NCBI GenBank assembly: GCA_050287845.1
Contig: JBNKCR010000013.1
Span: 32,001-96,000, forward strand
DNA from: Polyangia bacterium
Lineage (GTDB): Bacteria; Myxococcota_A; Polyangia; JAAYKL01
Length of the DNA stretch: 64,000 bases
Reading direction: 5' to 3'
The stretch's first letter is position 1; every line of letters starts with the position of its first letter. A program made the position numbers and the translations under genes. Shown piece by piece: positions 30,646-41,333 of this stretch. The notes beneath the pieces were generated by a model that saw only the letters and a program-made list of their open reading frames with translations, was not told the DNA's origin and ran no database searches.

Positions 30646-32673
30646 ATGACTATCATTGGTAAATATCGACTTGAGAAAAAGCTTGCGCACGGTGGAATGG
30701 CTGAAATCTTTCTGGCACGGCCATCGGAAAGCCCCGCGGATGCCTCTCCTGTGGTGATCAAGCAGATTCTTCCCAATCTCGCCCATGATCAACGTTTTGT
30801 CGCCATGTTCCTGAATGAAGCACAGCTGGCAGCGCACATGCATCACCCCAACATCGTACGGGTTATGGAATTTGGAGAAGAAAACGGGCGGCTGTACATG
30901 GTGATGGAGTTTGTGGATGGTCTGGACTGCTGGCGCTTTTCACAACGATCTGAATTGTGGGGTGTACACCGCAGCGGCATTGCCATCTACATCATCCGTC
31001 AGGTACTGGATGCGCTGCACTATGCCCACAATGTCCGGGATGTGAATGGCGAATTGCTTCAGGTGGTACATCGGGATCTATCTCCGTCGAATATTTATTT
31101 TTCAAAAAATGGTGCGGTAAAACTGGGCGACTTCGGCATTGCCCGTATCGAATCCAACCGATTCCGTCCCGTGGAAATTATTCCCAAGGGCAAATACGGA
31201 TACATGGCGCCGGAGCAGGTTGAGGGGGGTCCGGTGGACATGCGCGCCGATGTTTATTCGGCGGGCGTCGTGCTTACGGAGCTTCTCATTCAGCAACAGC
31301 TGTTTACCGGTACCAGCCAACTGAGCATCATGCTGGACATTCGCGACGGCCGGCTCGATCGACTGCAACAGAATGCCGAAAAAATTCCCGGCGGCCTCAA
31401 ACAGATTCTCGAGCAGGCCCTGGCCAGGAATCCGGCTGACCGGTTCAAAACGGCCTTTGAGTTCAACGAAGCGTTGCTGAAATACCAATCCGCAACTGGT
31501 GAGAAGATTTCGAAAGGTCAGTTTGCAGCGCAGATCGAGAATGTCCTGCATAAGTCCAATACCCGCAGAGAAATCAGCTCCGACATTGGCGCCATCGCCC
31601 GCACGCTTGCCGGAAAAGAAATTCTCGGCCTTCAGATCACCAACTCCGATGGCGCGACCGCAGTGGACGCCATTGCCGACATCGGCCGCGACGGCACTCC
31701 GGTCACCCAGGACGTTGACGAACGCATTGGGAGTGCCAGATACTGGGCTCGACTCGAAAACAATTCCATTCTGGGCCCCACCCCCTTTGCGCATATCGTC
31801 GAGCTGATATACAATGATAAAATTTCGGCAGATACAGAAATATCCACAAATGGCAGAAGCTATCACCCCGCGCGTCAATACGAAGAGCTGGTGCGGCACC
31901 TACCGGTCTACACGCCAACATCAACACGCGACGAAGTGAATCAACCCAAGCGCAGGGGACTGATGGAAATTGAGTCACCATCAAATGTACTCCTCACAAT
32001 GGCATTTTCCGGAGATACCGGAGCGCTCATATGCGAGAAGGAAGGCAAGCGTAAAGAAGCATATGTCCGCAACGGCACACTGGTTTATGCGGGTTCCAAT
32101 GAATCCTCAGAACTTCTGGGAGAATATCTGGTTGAAAACGGTGTCGTTGAACGAATGGAACTTGAGATGGCACTGGCGCTGCTTCCGAAGTTTCACGGTC
32201 ATCTGGGCGACACACTCATCGCCCTGGGAATGCTCACTGCTGTTGATCTGTTCAAACACATCAGTGGTCAGATTGAACAGCGTCTGGCGGATCTCCTTTC
32301 GTGGAACACCGGAAAATACGAATTTTTCGAAGGTGTGAAAGTGCGAAAAGGGGTCCTGGAGGTTCAGATAGATGTGGTGAATTTCGTACGGCAGGACTTG
32401 CTGAACCGAATGGAGAACACACCGGGCAATGACATCTTCGACGCCCTGGTACATCAGAACGTATGTCCGACGAATCTGGCATCGGTTGCAATTGACCGAT
32501 TGCGACTTCCGCCGGATCTCGATAATATCACTCGTTCCATTCAGAACTGGTGCCCGGTTTCCGCATTGCTGTTGCATCCGGAAAATTCAGCTGAAGCGAT
32601 TGGGAAAGCACTGTTCTTCTGCATCGAATCCGGATTGTGGACTTGTGATGCCTCCAGTATTCCCTGGCATTGA
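30646..32673 (+). CDS. Hanks-type Ser/Thr protein kinase with C-terminal DUF4388-like domain
   Basis: GGMAEIF, VIKQI, HRDLSPSN, DFG, GKYGYMAPE, DVYSAG; SELLGEYLV...LGDTLI C-domain. Confidence 0.92.
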   Translation: MTIIGKYRLEKKLAHGGMAEIFLARPSESPADASPVVIKQILPNLAHDQRFVAMFLNEAQLAAHMHHPNIVRVMEFGEENGRLYMVMEFVDGLDCWRFSQRSELWGVHRSGIAIYIIRQVLDALHYAHNVRDVNGELLQVVHRDLSPSNIYFSKNGAVKLGDFGIARIESNRFRPVEIIPKGKYGYMAPEQVEGGPVDMRADVYSAGVVLTELLIQQQLFTGTSQLSIMLDIRDGRLDRLQQNAEKIPGGLKQILEQALARNPADRFKTAFEFNEALLKYQSATGEKISKGQFAAQIENVLHKSNTRREISSDIGAIARTLAGKEILGLQITNSDGATAVDAIADIGRDGTPVTQDVDERIGSARYWARLENNSILGPTPFAHIVELIYNDKISADTEISTNGRSYHPARQYEELVRHLPVYTPTSTRDEVNQPKRRGLMEIESPSNVLLTMAFSGDTGALICEKEGKRKEAYVRNGTLVYAGSNESSELLGEYLVENGVVERMELEMALALLPKFHGHLGDTLIALGMLTAVDLFKHISGQIEQRLADLLSWNTGKYEFFEGVKVRKGVLEVQIDVVNFVRQDLLNRMENTPGNDIFDALVHQNVCPTNLASVAIDRLRLPPDLDNITRSIQNWCPVSALLLHPENSAEAIGKALFFCIESGLWTCDASSIPWH

Positions 32674-32923
32674 ATCCCTTGCATTCCCTTTCCGGAACCC
32701 AAACATCGCACGCTGATTTAAAATACCTGAGCTACCAGAATCCCTCCTCCCCAGACACTTGACAACCCCCCGGAAATACGATTTAAGTTCGGACGACAGG
32801 TGACATTGGTTTGATCTGAAAACCTATTCCCAAAGCGCATTACCGAAAGTCGCAGTAGTCTTATCTGAAAAAAAACCAAACACTGAAAATGCAGGCATCG
32901 AATATATTTGAGGAGAAATTACT

Positions 32924-34660
32924 ATGAAACCAGGATTTCCTTTTCCCGTACTTGCACTGTCCCTCGCACTGATTGCAGGGTGCAGCGGCGACGCCGGCAC
33001 AGGAGCTCAAAAGAAACAGCCTGAAAATACCGTTACCGAAAAAGTAAAAATTGATATGCATATCATGTCAAAATGCACGTGGTCCGCCAAAGTACTCACC
33101 ACCCTTTTTCCCATTCTGGACAAGATGGGGGAGAATATCATTCTGGACCTTCACTACATCGCCCGGGAAGAAAAGGGGGAGTGGAAAACCATTCATGGTG
33201 AATCGGAGATTTCCGGAAACACTATTCAACTATGCGTTAAAAAACACGCCGATTCCGACAAGAAATGGATTTCCTTTCTGAAATGTCAGGTCAAGGGTTG
33301 GAGTAAAATTCCCGCAGGATGGGAAAAATGCGCAGAGACTGCCAGAATTGATGCAGGCACCATCCAGAAATGTGCGGAGGGAGACGAAGGCAAAACGCTC
33401 CTGGAGGATTCCTTCAAGTACTCTCAGGACAAGGGCGCCAAAGGCAGCCCAACCATATTTCTGGGCGGAGAACCATATACTGGCGGTAGAACGGAAGCAT
33501 CTTTCCGACGCGCAATCTGTGACAAATTCACAGGTACCAAACCGGAATATTGTCAGAATATCCCAGAACCCACAAAGGTGCCCGTCACGGTAATCACCGA
33601 CAAACGTTGCGAAGGGCGTGCGTGTAACCCGCGGAGATTTATGGCATTCGTCCGCAGTGCGTTTGAAGGCGCAGAAATTCGGACCTTTGACTACTCGGAA
33701 CCGGAAGGCCAGAAACTGTTTGAACATTCCGGTCAGAAGTATTTGCCTGTGGCTATCTTTGGGGCCAACATCGAAAAAGTGGAAAATGGATATGCCCGAC
33801 TGAAACGTCATATGGTTCGATTGGAGAAAACGGGCGAGTTCATTTATCCCCTTGGAGATATTGGGAAGCCGCCATGGGACCCCAAAGCCGAGATCTGCAA
33901 CGATTACATTGACAACACCGGCAATGGCAAGGTGGACTGCAAAGACGAAAGCTGCAATGGCAAAAAGGTATGCAGAGAGGAAATCACCGGCCGACTGGAC
34001 CTTTTTGTCATGAGTCACTGCCACTACGGTGTCCGTACAGTCAATGCCATGGCTCCCGTGCTCGAACATTTCGATAAAGATCGCGAAAGTATGGATTTTA
34101 ACCTGCAATTTATCGGAAAAATCGAGGGCGAAAAGCTGACGGCGCTGCACGGTCCCCGGGAAGTCGCCGAAAACCGAAGACAAATTTGCGCACAGAAGTA
34201 CTATCCCAACGGCTACAAGTTCATGGAATATGTTCTCTGCCGCAACGAGCATTTCCAAAAAAACAGCGGTCGGGAAGAAGAGAATGCCTGGGAAGAGTGC
34301 GCCCGGGACGGCATCAGTGCCGCTGTGCTGAAAAAATGTGCGGAAAGCGAAGAAGGCGAATCCCTGCTCGCCCAATCGTACAATCTGGCAGATTCACTTG
34401 GACTTACAGGATCTCCCAGCTGGTTGCTTAATAACCGATATGATATGAGGGCGCGATCCCCCATCCAAATCCGGGACGAATTCTGTGCAAAGAATGCCGG
34501 CAATCCCAAATGCGACAAACCGATGAACAGGGATGAGGTAACGCCACCTTCTCCCGTTCCGGATGATTCCTGCGACGGCGCGTCCCCGCCGCTTCGGAAA
34601 AAGTTCAACTCCCATGTGCCGGAAGCTATTTACAGCGATACAGATTCCGCGCCGATTTGA
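32924..34660 (+). CDS. Lipoprotein with two thioredoxin/GILT-like domains
   Basis: Lipobox IAGC; duplicated domain MHIMSKCTWS...IHGESE...GSPT and LFVMSHCHYG...LHGPRE...GSPS. Confidence 0.65.
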   Translation: MKPGFPFPVLALSLALIAGCSGDAGTGAQKKQPENTVTEKVKIDMHIMSKCTWSAKVLTTLFPILDKMGENIILDLHYIAREEKGEWKTIHGESEISGNTIQLCVKKHADSDKKWISFLKCQVKGWSKIPAGWEKCAETARIDAGTIQKCAEGDEGKTLLEDSFKYSQDKGAKGSPTIFLGGEPYTGGRTEASFRRAICDKFTGTKPEYCQNIPEPTKVPVTVITDKRCEGRACNPRRFMAFVRSAFEGAEIRTFDYSEPEGQKLFEHSGQKYLPVAIFGANIEKVENGYARLKRHMVRLEKTGEFIYPLGDIGKPPWDPKAEICNDYIDNTGNGKVDCKDESCNGKKVCREEITGRLDLFVMSHCHYGVRTVNAMAPVLEHFDKDRESMDFNLQFIGKIEGEKLTALHGPREVAENRRQICAQKYYPNGYKFMEYVLCRNEHFQKNSGREEENAWEECARDGISAAVLKKCAESEEGESLLAQSYNLADSLGLTGSPSWLLNNRYDMRARSPIQIRDEFCAKNAGNPKCDKPMNRDEVTPPSPVPDDSCDGASPPLRKKFNSHVPEAIYSDTDSAPI

Positions 34661-34740
34661 ACAGGTGTCGCCGGATGATTATCCGCACGCTCCCCCCATG
34701 GAATTCAGAAGAGAAAAATCAGAATCGTATTGTTTTTCAT

Positions 34741-34769
34741 TTGACACATCTATATGGCGATGATAGACG
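34741..34769 (+). promoter_or_regulatory. Sigma70-type promoter for tRNA-Gln-prs operon
   Basis: TTGACA-17-TAGACG with TG extended -10. Confidence 0.65.
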
Positions 34770-34870
34770 CCTTTCGCAGGTGATACCGGCGCGAACCGAA
34801 GGCCTCATGGAGGTAGGCGGGCCCGGATGATAAATTCCCCATGCCCTAACGGTCCTCGCCTGGACATTAA

Positions 34871-34943
34871 TGGGACGTAGGCCAATTGGTAGGCCCCAGG
34901 TTTTTGGTACCTGTCATTGCAGGTTCGAGTCCTGCCGTCCCAG
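34871..34943 (+). tRNA. tRNA-Gln(TTG)
   Basis: TGGGACG acceptor, CAGGT-TTTTGGT-ACCTG anticodon arm, GGTTCGAGTCC; usual position before prs; CCA not encoded. Confidence 0.96.
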
Positions 34944-35021
34944 CAACTGGCGAGGACTTTTTTTTTGCCCTCCCATTATTGATTCAACATTTTACGCATA
35001 TTTCCAATTAAGGAGATTTTT

Positions 35022-35981
35022 ATGGACATGCAAAAAACGCTGCTCGTTGCCGGAACGGCGAATATGCCCCTGGCACGAAAAATCAGCGATTCCTCAGGAA
35101 TCCCGCTGTGTGCAGCGACGGTAACACGGTTTTCCGATGGCGAAATATTTGCACAGATTGAAGAAAGTGTTCGTGGCGTACACGTTTTTGTCGTGCAACC
35201 CACCTGTCCACCGGCCAACGATAATCTCATGGAGCTACTCGTCATCATCGACGCACTGAACCGCGCATCTGCTTCATCGGTCACTGCTGTGACGCCGTAC
35301 TACGGGTATTCCCGTCAGGATCGCAAGGTATCCCCCAGAACACCGATTACCGCGAAGCTGGTTGCCAATCTACTCACAGCTGCCGGTGTGGACCGGATTG
35401 TGTCGCTGGACTTGCATGCCGGCCAGATTCAGGGATTCTTTGATATTCCATTTGATAACCTCTACGGTCTGGAAGTCCTGTGTAATCACATCAGGAACCA
35501 GGTGAATAAAGATGTGGTAATTGTCTCCCCGGACGCCGGAGGTGTGCGTCGTGCACGCAGTTTCGCGAAAAACCTCAACGCCAACCTCGCAATCATCGAC
35601 AAGCGGCGTCCAAGAGCCAACGAAGTGGCTATCATGCATATCATCGGCGATGTGAAGGATGCCAATTGTATCATCGTTGATGATATGATTGATACGGCGG
35701 GCACACTGTGCAGTGGCGCGGCGGCAATAAAAGAGGCGGGGGCCAGGCGGGTGATGGCCGCCATCACCCATGGGGTGCTTTCCGGTCCGGCAATAGATCG
35801 ACTGGAAAAATCTGTACTCGACAAATTATTCATTACGGACACTATTCCGCTGTCAGAAGAAAAGCAGAAACGGGCTCGCATCGAGGTTGTCTCCTGCGGA
35901 GAGCTGTTGGGTGAAGCGCTCCGCCGTATTCATCTGGGCGAGTCGTTAAGCTCTTTATTTCAGGAAGATTACAAAGACTAA
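35022..35981 (+). CDS. prs: Ribose-phosphate pyrophosphokinase
   Basis: RFSDGE, PYYGYSRQDRK, DLHAGQIQGFF, VSPDAGG, VDDMIDTAGT. Confidence 0.98.
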   Translation: MDMQKTLLVAGTANMPLARKISDSSGIPLCAATVTRFSDGEIFAQIEESVRGVHVFVVQPTCPPANDNLMELLVIIDALNRASASSVTAVTPYYGYSRQDRKVSPRTPITAKLVANLLTAAGVDRIVSLDLHAGQIQGFFDIPFDNLYGLEVLCNHIRNQVNKDVVIVSPDAGGVRRARSFAKNLNANLAIIDKRRPRANEVAIMHIIGDVKDANCIIVDDMIDTAGTLCSGAAAIKEAGARRVMAAITHGVLSGPAIDRLEKSVLDKLFITDTIPLSEEKQKRARIEVVSCGELLGEALRRIHLGESLSSLFQEDYKD

Positions 35982-36019
35982 AATAAACACTGGAAATACC
36001 TAAGGAAACAGGTGATCAA

Positions 36020-36640
36020 ATGGAATTCATCAAAATAGAAGCACTTGGAAGAAACAGCAAAGGCAAAGGCGCTGCGCGTCGTATGCGTGCCGCCGGACGG
36101 GTACCGGCAGTAGTATACGGAAAAAACATCGAGACAAAAGCAATCTCCGTAGACCCGGAGATCCTCACAAAGGTACTGGCCGGTCCATTGAGAGTCAACA
36201 CCCCTCTCGACGTGGTTATCACTGACCCCGACTCCGGAAAAACCGAAGACGCTCTCGTTATCGTGAAAGACCATCAATATGACCCGGTCTCCCGCGATCT
36301 GCTGCACGTTGATTTTCTCTCCATTCAGCAGGGCACACCTATTCAGGTGGACGTTCCCATAGAAAAAGTGGGCCGTTCCGTGGGCGAGCAGCTCGGTGGC
36401 GTTTTACGAATGGTGCATAGAACCATTCCAATAGTTTGCCTCCCCAAAGACATTCCGGCAAAAATCTCCGTGGATGTCGCTCCTCTTCAAGCGGGCATTA
36501 CTTTCCACGTAGCCGACATGACGCTGGCTGAGGGGCTCACCATTGCATTGCCCCCGCAGGAAGCCATTCTGACCATTTCCGCGATAGCGGTCGAAGAAGT
36601 TGCCGTCGAAGCGCCGGCAGCAAGTGGCAAGAAGAAATAG
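36020..36640 (+). CDS. rplY: 50S ribosomal protein L25/Ctc
   Basis: GKGAARRMR..GRVPAVVYG, LHVDF, Ctc-type C-domain; between prs and pth. Confidence 0.95.
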   Translation: MEFIKIEALGRNSKGKGAARRMRAAGRVPAVVYGKNIETKAISVDPEILTKVLAGPLRVNTPLDVVITDPDSGKTEDALVIVKDHQYDPVSRDLLHVDFLSIQQGTPIQVDVPIEKVGRSVGEQLGGVLRMVHRTIPIVCLPKDIPAKISVDVAPLQAGITFHVADMTLAEGLTIALPPQEAILTISAIAVEEVAVEAPAASGKKK

Positions 36641-36727
36641 TCAACGTTTTCTCCGATGCCATATCGCGGATTCGCGGTGTTCAGATTCTCCCGACAAAAT
36701 TTCAGGTTGATATTACAGGTGACTTAA

Positions 36728-37318
36728 ATGGAAAACCCCATTCTCATTACCGGCCTTGGCAACCCAGGTGCCAGATATGACAATACACGCCACAATATCG
36801 GGTTCTCTGTGGCAGATGCACTTTGTAACCGCTTCGGTTCATTCATGACTCGGTGGCAGGAAAAATTTAAAGGACGTTTCTGCAAAGTCAATATCGCAGG
36901 AAAACAGACAATTCTACTCAAGCCGCAAACGTTCATGAATCTGAGCGGACAAAGTGTCCAGCCAGCCATGGGTTTCTTTAAATTATCTATCGATCACTTA
37001 ATTATTATTCATGATGATATTGACCTTGATTATGGTATGGTCCGCTTGAAATCCGGCGGTGGTACCGGCGGGCACAACGGGCTCAACTCGTTGAAGAAAG
37101 AATTGGGCAGTACCGACTTTCACCGCATCAGGATTGGCGTAGGCCGTCCAGTACATGGAGATGTTTCAGATTTTGTGCTCAAAAGTTTTACCCCGGATGA
37201 GCAGATTGAACTTGATTCAATTATTGACCGGGCCTGCAAGGCAATTGAGTGCATTGCTGAATTTGGAATCGTTAAGGCAATGAATCACTTTAATCAACGT
37301 CAAGGAGATAATCTATGA
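36728..37318 (+). CDS. pth: Peptidyl-tRNA hydrolase
   Basis: [44 protein letters not shown]. Confidence 0.98.
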   Translation: MENPILITGLGNPGARYDNTRHNIGFSVADALCNRFGSFMTRWQEKFKGRFCKVNIAGKQTILLKPQTFMNLSGQSVQPAMGFFKLSIDHLIIIHDDIDLDYGMVRLKSGGGTGGHNGLNSLKKELGSTDFHRIRIGVGRPVHGDVSDFVLKSFTPDEQIELDSIIDRACKAIECIAEFGIVKAMNHFNQRQGDNL

Positions 37319-39471
37319 ACCTCAGCACATTGCTACTTGTAGCACCAATTGCGGGGGCATTGGCTCTGGCATATGCGTTTATTAAAACGGGTATGATCAA
37401 TAAAGCTGATGCCGGGACAGACAAAATGAAAGAAATCGGCGCACACATTCGTGAAGGTGCCATGGCATTTCTGGGACGTGAATACAAAGTACTGGCAATC
37501 TTTGTAATTATCGTCGCCGCATTGCTTGCCATTGCCAACGGCAGTATGGAAGACTCCAGTCCGCTGGTAGGTCTTTCTTTTGTGGTTGGCGCCATCTGCT
37601 CCGGTCTGGCCGGTTTCTTCGGCATGCGCGTGGCCACCGCGGCAAACATCCGCACCACAGCGGCCGCCCGGGACGGACTCAACAAAGCACTGGCGATCGC
37701 CTTCGGCGGCGGCGCAGTGATGGGAATGAGCGTTGTGGGACTGGCCACTCTTGGTCTGGGTCTGCTTCTCCTCATTTTCGCCAATCTGTGGAATTTCACC
37801 GGTGAAATGAACGAAACCATGCTGGTACTCAACACGGTTACCGGATTCTCTCTGGGCGCCAGTTCCATCGCCCTCTTCGCCCGTGTGGGCGGCGGTATCT
37901 ATACCAAAGCCGCTGACGTCGGTGCCGACCTGGTGGGCAAAGTCGAAGCCGGCATTCCCGAAGACGACCCCCGCAACCCCGCAACCATCGCCGACAACGT
38001 GGGTGACAACGTGGGTGACGTGGCCGGTATGGGCGCTGACCTTTTCGAATCTTATGTGGGTTCCATTATTGGCGCCATGGTTCTCGGTGCATCCTGGATT
38101 GGCGCGTTTGCCGCTGCCGGCGTTGCTAAAGAAGCACAATACAATGCAATCATTTTCCCACTGGTAGTTGCTGCCGTGGGTATCGTACTTTCCATTATTG
38201 GCACTTTCTTCGTTCGAACCAAAGAAGGCGGAAACCCCCAGACGGCACTGAATGTCGGAACCTTCGGCACCGCTGGTCTGACAGCTGTTGCCACCTATGT
38301 TCTGGCCAATCTGATGCTGCCCGCATCCTGGACAGTTGGTGAAGGCGACGCTGCAGTCACCTTCACCTGGTGGGGCATCGCCACTGCGGCGGTTATCGGT
38401 CTTGCTGCCGGTACCGCCATCGGTCTGATCACTGAGTATTACACCGGTGAAGACAAAACACCTACCAACCAGATTGCGGATGCTTCCATGACGGGCGCCG
38501 CTACCAATATCATTAAAGGTCTTGCAGTGGGTATGTCCTCCACCACCTGGCCACTGATTGTTATTGCTATCGCCATCGTTGCGGCCTTCAGCCTTGCCGG
38601 CCTGTACGGCATCGCCATTGCAGCGCTGGGGATGCTCTCCACCACCGGGATTCAGCTGGCAGTTGATGCATACGGTCCCATCGCTGACAACGCCGGGGGT
38701 ATCGCCGAGATGAGCGAACTGCCCAAGGAAGTTCGCGGTCGCACCGACAAGCTCGACGCCGTGGGCAATACCACTGCCGCTATCGGTAAAGGATTCGCCA
38801 TCGGTTCGGCAGCGCTGACCGCGCTGGCACTTTTCGCAGCGTTCAGAACCCAGATTGACACCATCTCCGCAAAAGGACACCTGAACATCAATACTTCTCT
38901 CGACATCGCCGATCCAATCGTTATGGCGGGTCTGTTCATTGGCGGTATGCTGCCCTTCCTGTTCAGCTCCTTCGCCATGGACGCCGTGGGTCGCGCTGCG
39001 CAGGCGATGATCGCTGAAGTGCGTCGGCAGTTTAAAGAAATCCCCGGATTGATGGAAGGCAAAGCCAAAGCGGAATACGCAAAATGCGTAGACATCTCCA
39101 CAGCGGCAGCCATCAGAGAAATGATTGTGCCCGGCCTCATCGCCGTGCTGGTTCCCGTCGCCGTAGGATTCATCAGCATCCGCGGTCTGGGTGGCGTTCT
39201 TGCCGGTGTTACCGTTTCCGGTGTTCTGATGGCGCTCTTCCAGTCCAATGCCGGCGGTGCATGGGACAACGCCAAAAAACACATTGAAGGTGGCGCCAAT
39301 GGCGGCAAGGGTTCCGAAGCTCACGCGGCAGCGGTAACCGGCGACACTGTAGGTGACCCCTTCAAAGATACCGCAGGTCCCGCGCTCAACATTCTGGTCA
39401 AGCTGATGAGCGTTGTATCCCTGGTTCTCGCACCTGTTTTCGCCCAATGGGGCAATCTTCTCTTCCCCTGA
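37315..39471 (+). CDS. hppA: Membrane pyrophosphatase, K+-dependent, probably Na+-translocating
   Basis: [42 protein letters not shown] (Ala, K+-dependent), [11 protein letters not shown]. Confidence 0.95.
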   Translation: MNLSTLLLVAPIAGALALAYAFIKTGMINKADAGTDKMKEIGAHIREGAMAFLGREYKVLAIFVIIVAALLAIANGSMEDSSPLVGLSFVVGAICSGLAGFFGMRVATAANIRTTAAARDGLNKALAIAFGGGAVMGMSVVGLATLGLGLLLLIFANLWNFTGEMNETMLVLNTVTGFSLGASSIALFARVGGGIYTKAADVGADLVGKVEAGIPEDDPRNPATIADNVGDNVGDVAGMGADLFESYVGSIIGAMVLGASWIGAFAAAGVAKEAQYNAIIFPLVVAAVGIVLSIIGTFFVRTKEGGNPQTALNVGTFGTAGLTAVATYVLANLMLPASWTVGEGDAAVTFTWWGIATAAVIGLAAGTAIGLITEYYTGEDKTPTNQIADASMTGAATNIIKGLAVGMSSTTWPLIVIAIAIVAAFSLAGLYGIAIAALGMLSTTGIQLAVDAYGPIADNAGGIAEMSELPKEVRGRTDKLDAVGNTTAAIGKGFAIGSAALTALALFAAFRTQIDTISAKGHLNINTSLDIADPIVMAGLFIGGMLPFLFSSFAMDAVGRAAQAMIAEVRRQFKEIPGLMEGKAKAEYAKCVDISTAAAIREMIVPGLIAVLVPVAVGFISIRGLGGVLAGVTVSGVLMALFQSNAGGAWDNAKKHIEGGANGGKGSEAHAAAVTGDTVGDPFKDTAGPALNILVKLMSVVSLVLAPVFAQWGNLLFP

Positions 39472-39672
39472 GTTTTTCCCTCGATTCTTGCGCACGTTCC
39501 CAATCGCAGACAAATCAAACTGAAACGAAACTGAATGGGAATTCCGGTCAGCCAACTGAAAGAAATCCCCTTCGGCCATTGTTCCGGCAATCTTACCTTC
39601 TGTCTGTTTTCTTCGTGAATCGTTTCAATTCATATTGCAGGTCGTACACAGACATTGTAATGTCGCGACACC

Positions 39673-41271
39673 ATGACTGTTGATACGGCCATTGATAAAA
39701 TGCTAACTTCGGCATACGAGTTTACAGATTCGGCACTGAAACGGCTCCCGATTACATTGCTCATTGCATTGTCTCCCGGAGTCTGCATTGGCATTCTGAT
39801 GTTCCGGAATGCAGCACCGAAGTTTCAGATGACCAATGAGATGCCCAGGCATCTGATGCCTCGCATGATGCCAACGACCACAGGCATTACCATTGCCTCG
39901 CTGGCTGTCATTCTTGCAGCATATCTGGTGATATCCGTTTTTCGAAAGCGTTCAGGACAGATTCCGGTGATGGATACCGTCGCCACCCTGAACAGATTCG
40001 CCACAATCCTTCTGACATTCCCACTATTTCTGTCTCTTGGGATCGATACCCTGCCCGCCGAGCACCCATTTGTCGCCATTGTCATTTCACTCGTCATCGC
40101 ATCCATCGTCGGCGGGTACACGTATCGATTTCCCGCAATATCGATGCGAATACCGTTGTGGTCTCAGCAGCACAGCATGACAATCGCCATCGCCATACTA
40201 TGTCTGGCAAGGCTTATCCGTATCGCCACTGGCACAGGGCACGTTCTGCCTTCAATCTGGTTGGCGCTGGGCGCCGTCCCAGTTTTTCTGCTTTCCAGAC
40301 ATCATATCAAACAGATCTGGATTGGGGCTGCAATCGTTGCGGTGTATCTCCTGTATCCCGGAATCCATGGAATGGTCATCAACAATTTGCATTCCCTTTC
40401 CATTGCGGGCCCCCTGATGCTCTGGTCACTGTATTTTATCGAAGTCAGAAAGTTTGGGCTGTATTTCGTGTCGTTGGGTGTGCTTCTGTTTATCCGCAAC
40501 GACTTCTCTCTCGTCATGTTTTTCGTAGGACTTTATATCTTCAGCCGTGAAAAAGACCTGCGCATTGGCCCGGCCGCCATCGGAATCTGTGTTGTGTACT
40601 TCGTTATCAGCAGGTTATTCATCACTTCCTGGGAGGGGGTGGCCGACTACAACAATTTTTTTAATGCGCTCCAGGTGCAAAACTACCCTCCAGCAATGAG
40701 TTTTGCGATCACCGCAATGACGAACCCGATGTTTCTGATTAAACACAGTATGCTGGAATACAAGGTAGTCTATCTGCTTTTAATGCTGGCTCCGGTAATG
40801 ATGCTTCCCCTTCTGGGCGGACAGCGACTGATCACCTGTGGATACGGCTTCCTTCTCACGTCCCTGGTTTCCAGGCGGAGCGTATGTGATATTGAAAGTG
40901 AGTTCACCACGTTGCTGTATCCGTTCTTCTTCGCTATCGTTCCCGCTGTACTGCCGAAAATTGGCGAGTATCGATTCGTTTCCTGGTTCCGTCTGGATTC
41001 AGAGCGGCTGGTCACGGCGTTGACTGCGGCGTTATTGGCTTCCGCTATCTGTTTTTCATACAGTTACGGAGGAATTCCCGGATATAAAGCGACAAATTCC
41101 GATAATGAGACATCTTCTGTCGAGGCAGCCGCATTGGCAGCTGCGCTAATGGATATGCGGAAAATGCATAATCAATCCGTCACCGAAAACATAAACACTT
41201 TCAAAGACGGTTCCATGAGATATAATTTCAGCCAGATAACTCCGGCGTTGCGCATTGTGCGCACCGGATGA
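39673..41271 (+). CDS. DUF2079-like GT-C-type membrane protein (apparently degenerate)
   Basis: WLALGAVPVFLL, YLLYP, LHSLSIAGPL; many TM segments; upstream of GT2 and GtrA-like genes. Confidence 0.55.
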   Translation: MTVDTAIDKMLTSAYEFTDSALKRLPITLLIALSPGVCIGILMFRNAAPKFQMTNEMPRHLMPRMMPTTTGITIASLAVILAAYLVISVFRKRSGQIPVMDTVATLNRFATILLTFPLFLSLGIDTLPAEHPFVAIVISLVIASIVGGYTYRFPAISMRIPLWSQQHSMTIAIAILCLARLIRIATGTGHVLPSIWLALGAVPVFLLSRHHIKQIWIGAAIVAVYLLYPGIHGMVINNLHSLSIAGPLMLWSLYFIEVRKFGLYFVSLGVLLFIRNDFSLVMFFVGLYIFSREKDLRIGPAAIGICVVYFVISRLFITSWEGVADYNNFFNALQVQNYPPAMSFAITAMTNPMFLIKHSMLEYKVVYLLLMLAPVMMLPLLGGQRLITCGYGFLLTSLVSRRSVCDIESEFTTLLYPFFFAIVPAVLPKIGEYRFVSWFRLDSERLVTALTAALLASAICFSYSYGGIPGYKATNSDNETSSVEAAALAAALMDMRKMHNQSVTENINTFKDGSMRYNFSQITPALRIVRTG

Positions 41272-41333
41272 GACGTGAACAATGACAATATCAACCACTG
41301 CGTTTTGACAGATAGACGCTTCAGGACCCACTA

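Noticed and set aside
34777..34864. Call as ZTP riboswitch, SRP RNA, 5S rRNA or tRNA-Sec
   Set aside because: Core consensus elements of each are absent; kept only as an unassigned structure
37333..39579. 748-aa antisense ORF
   Set aside because: Shadow of hppA produced by codon bias; no recognisable motifs
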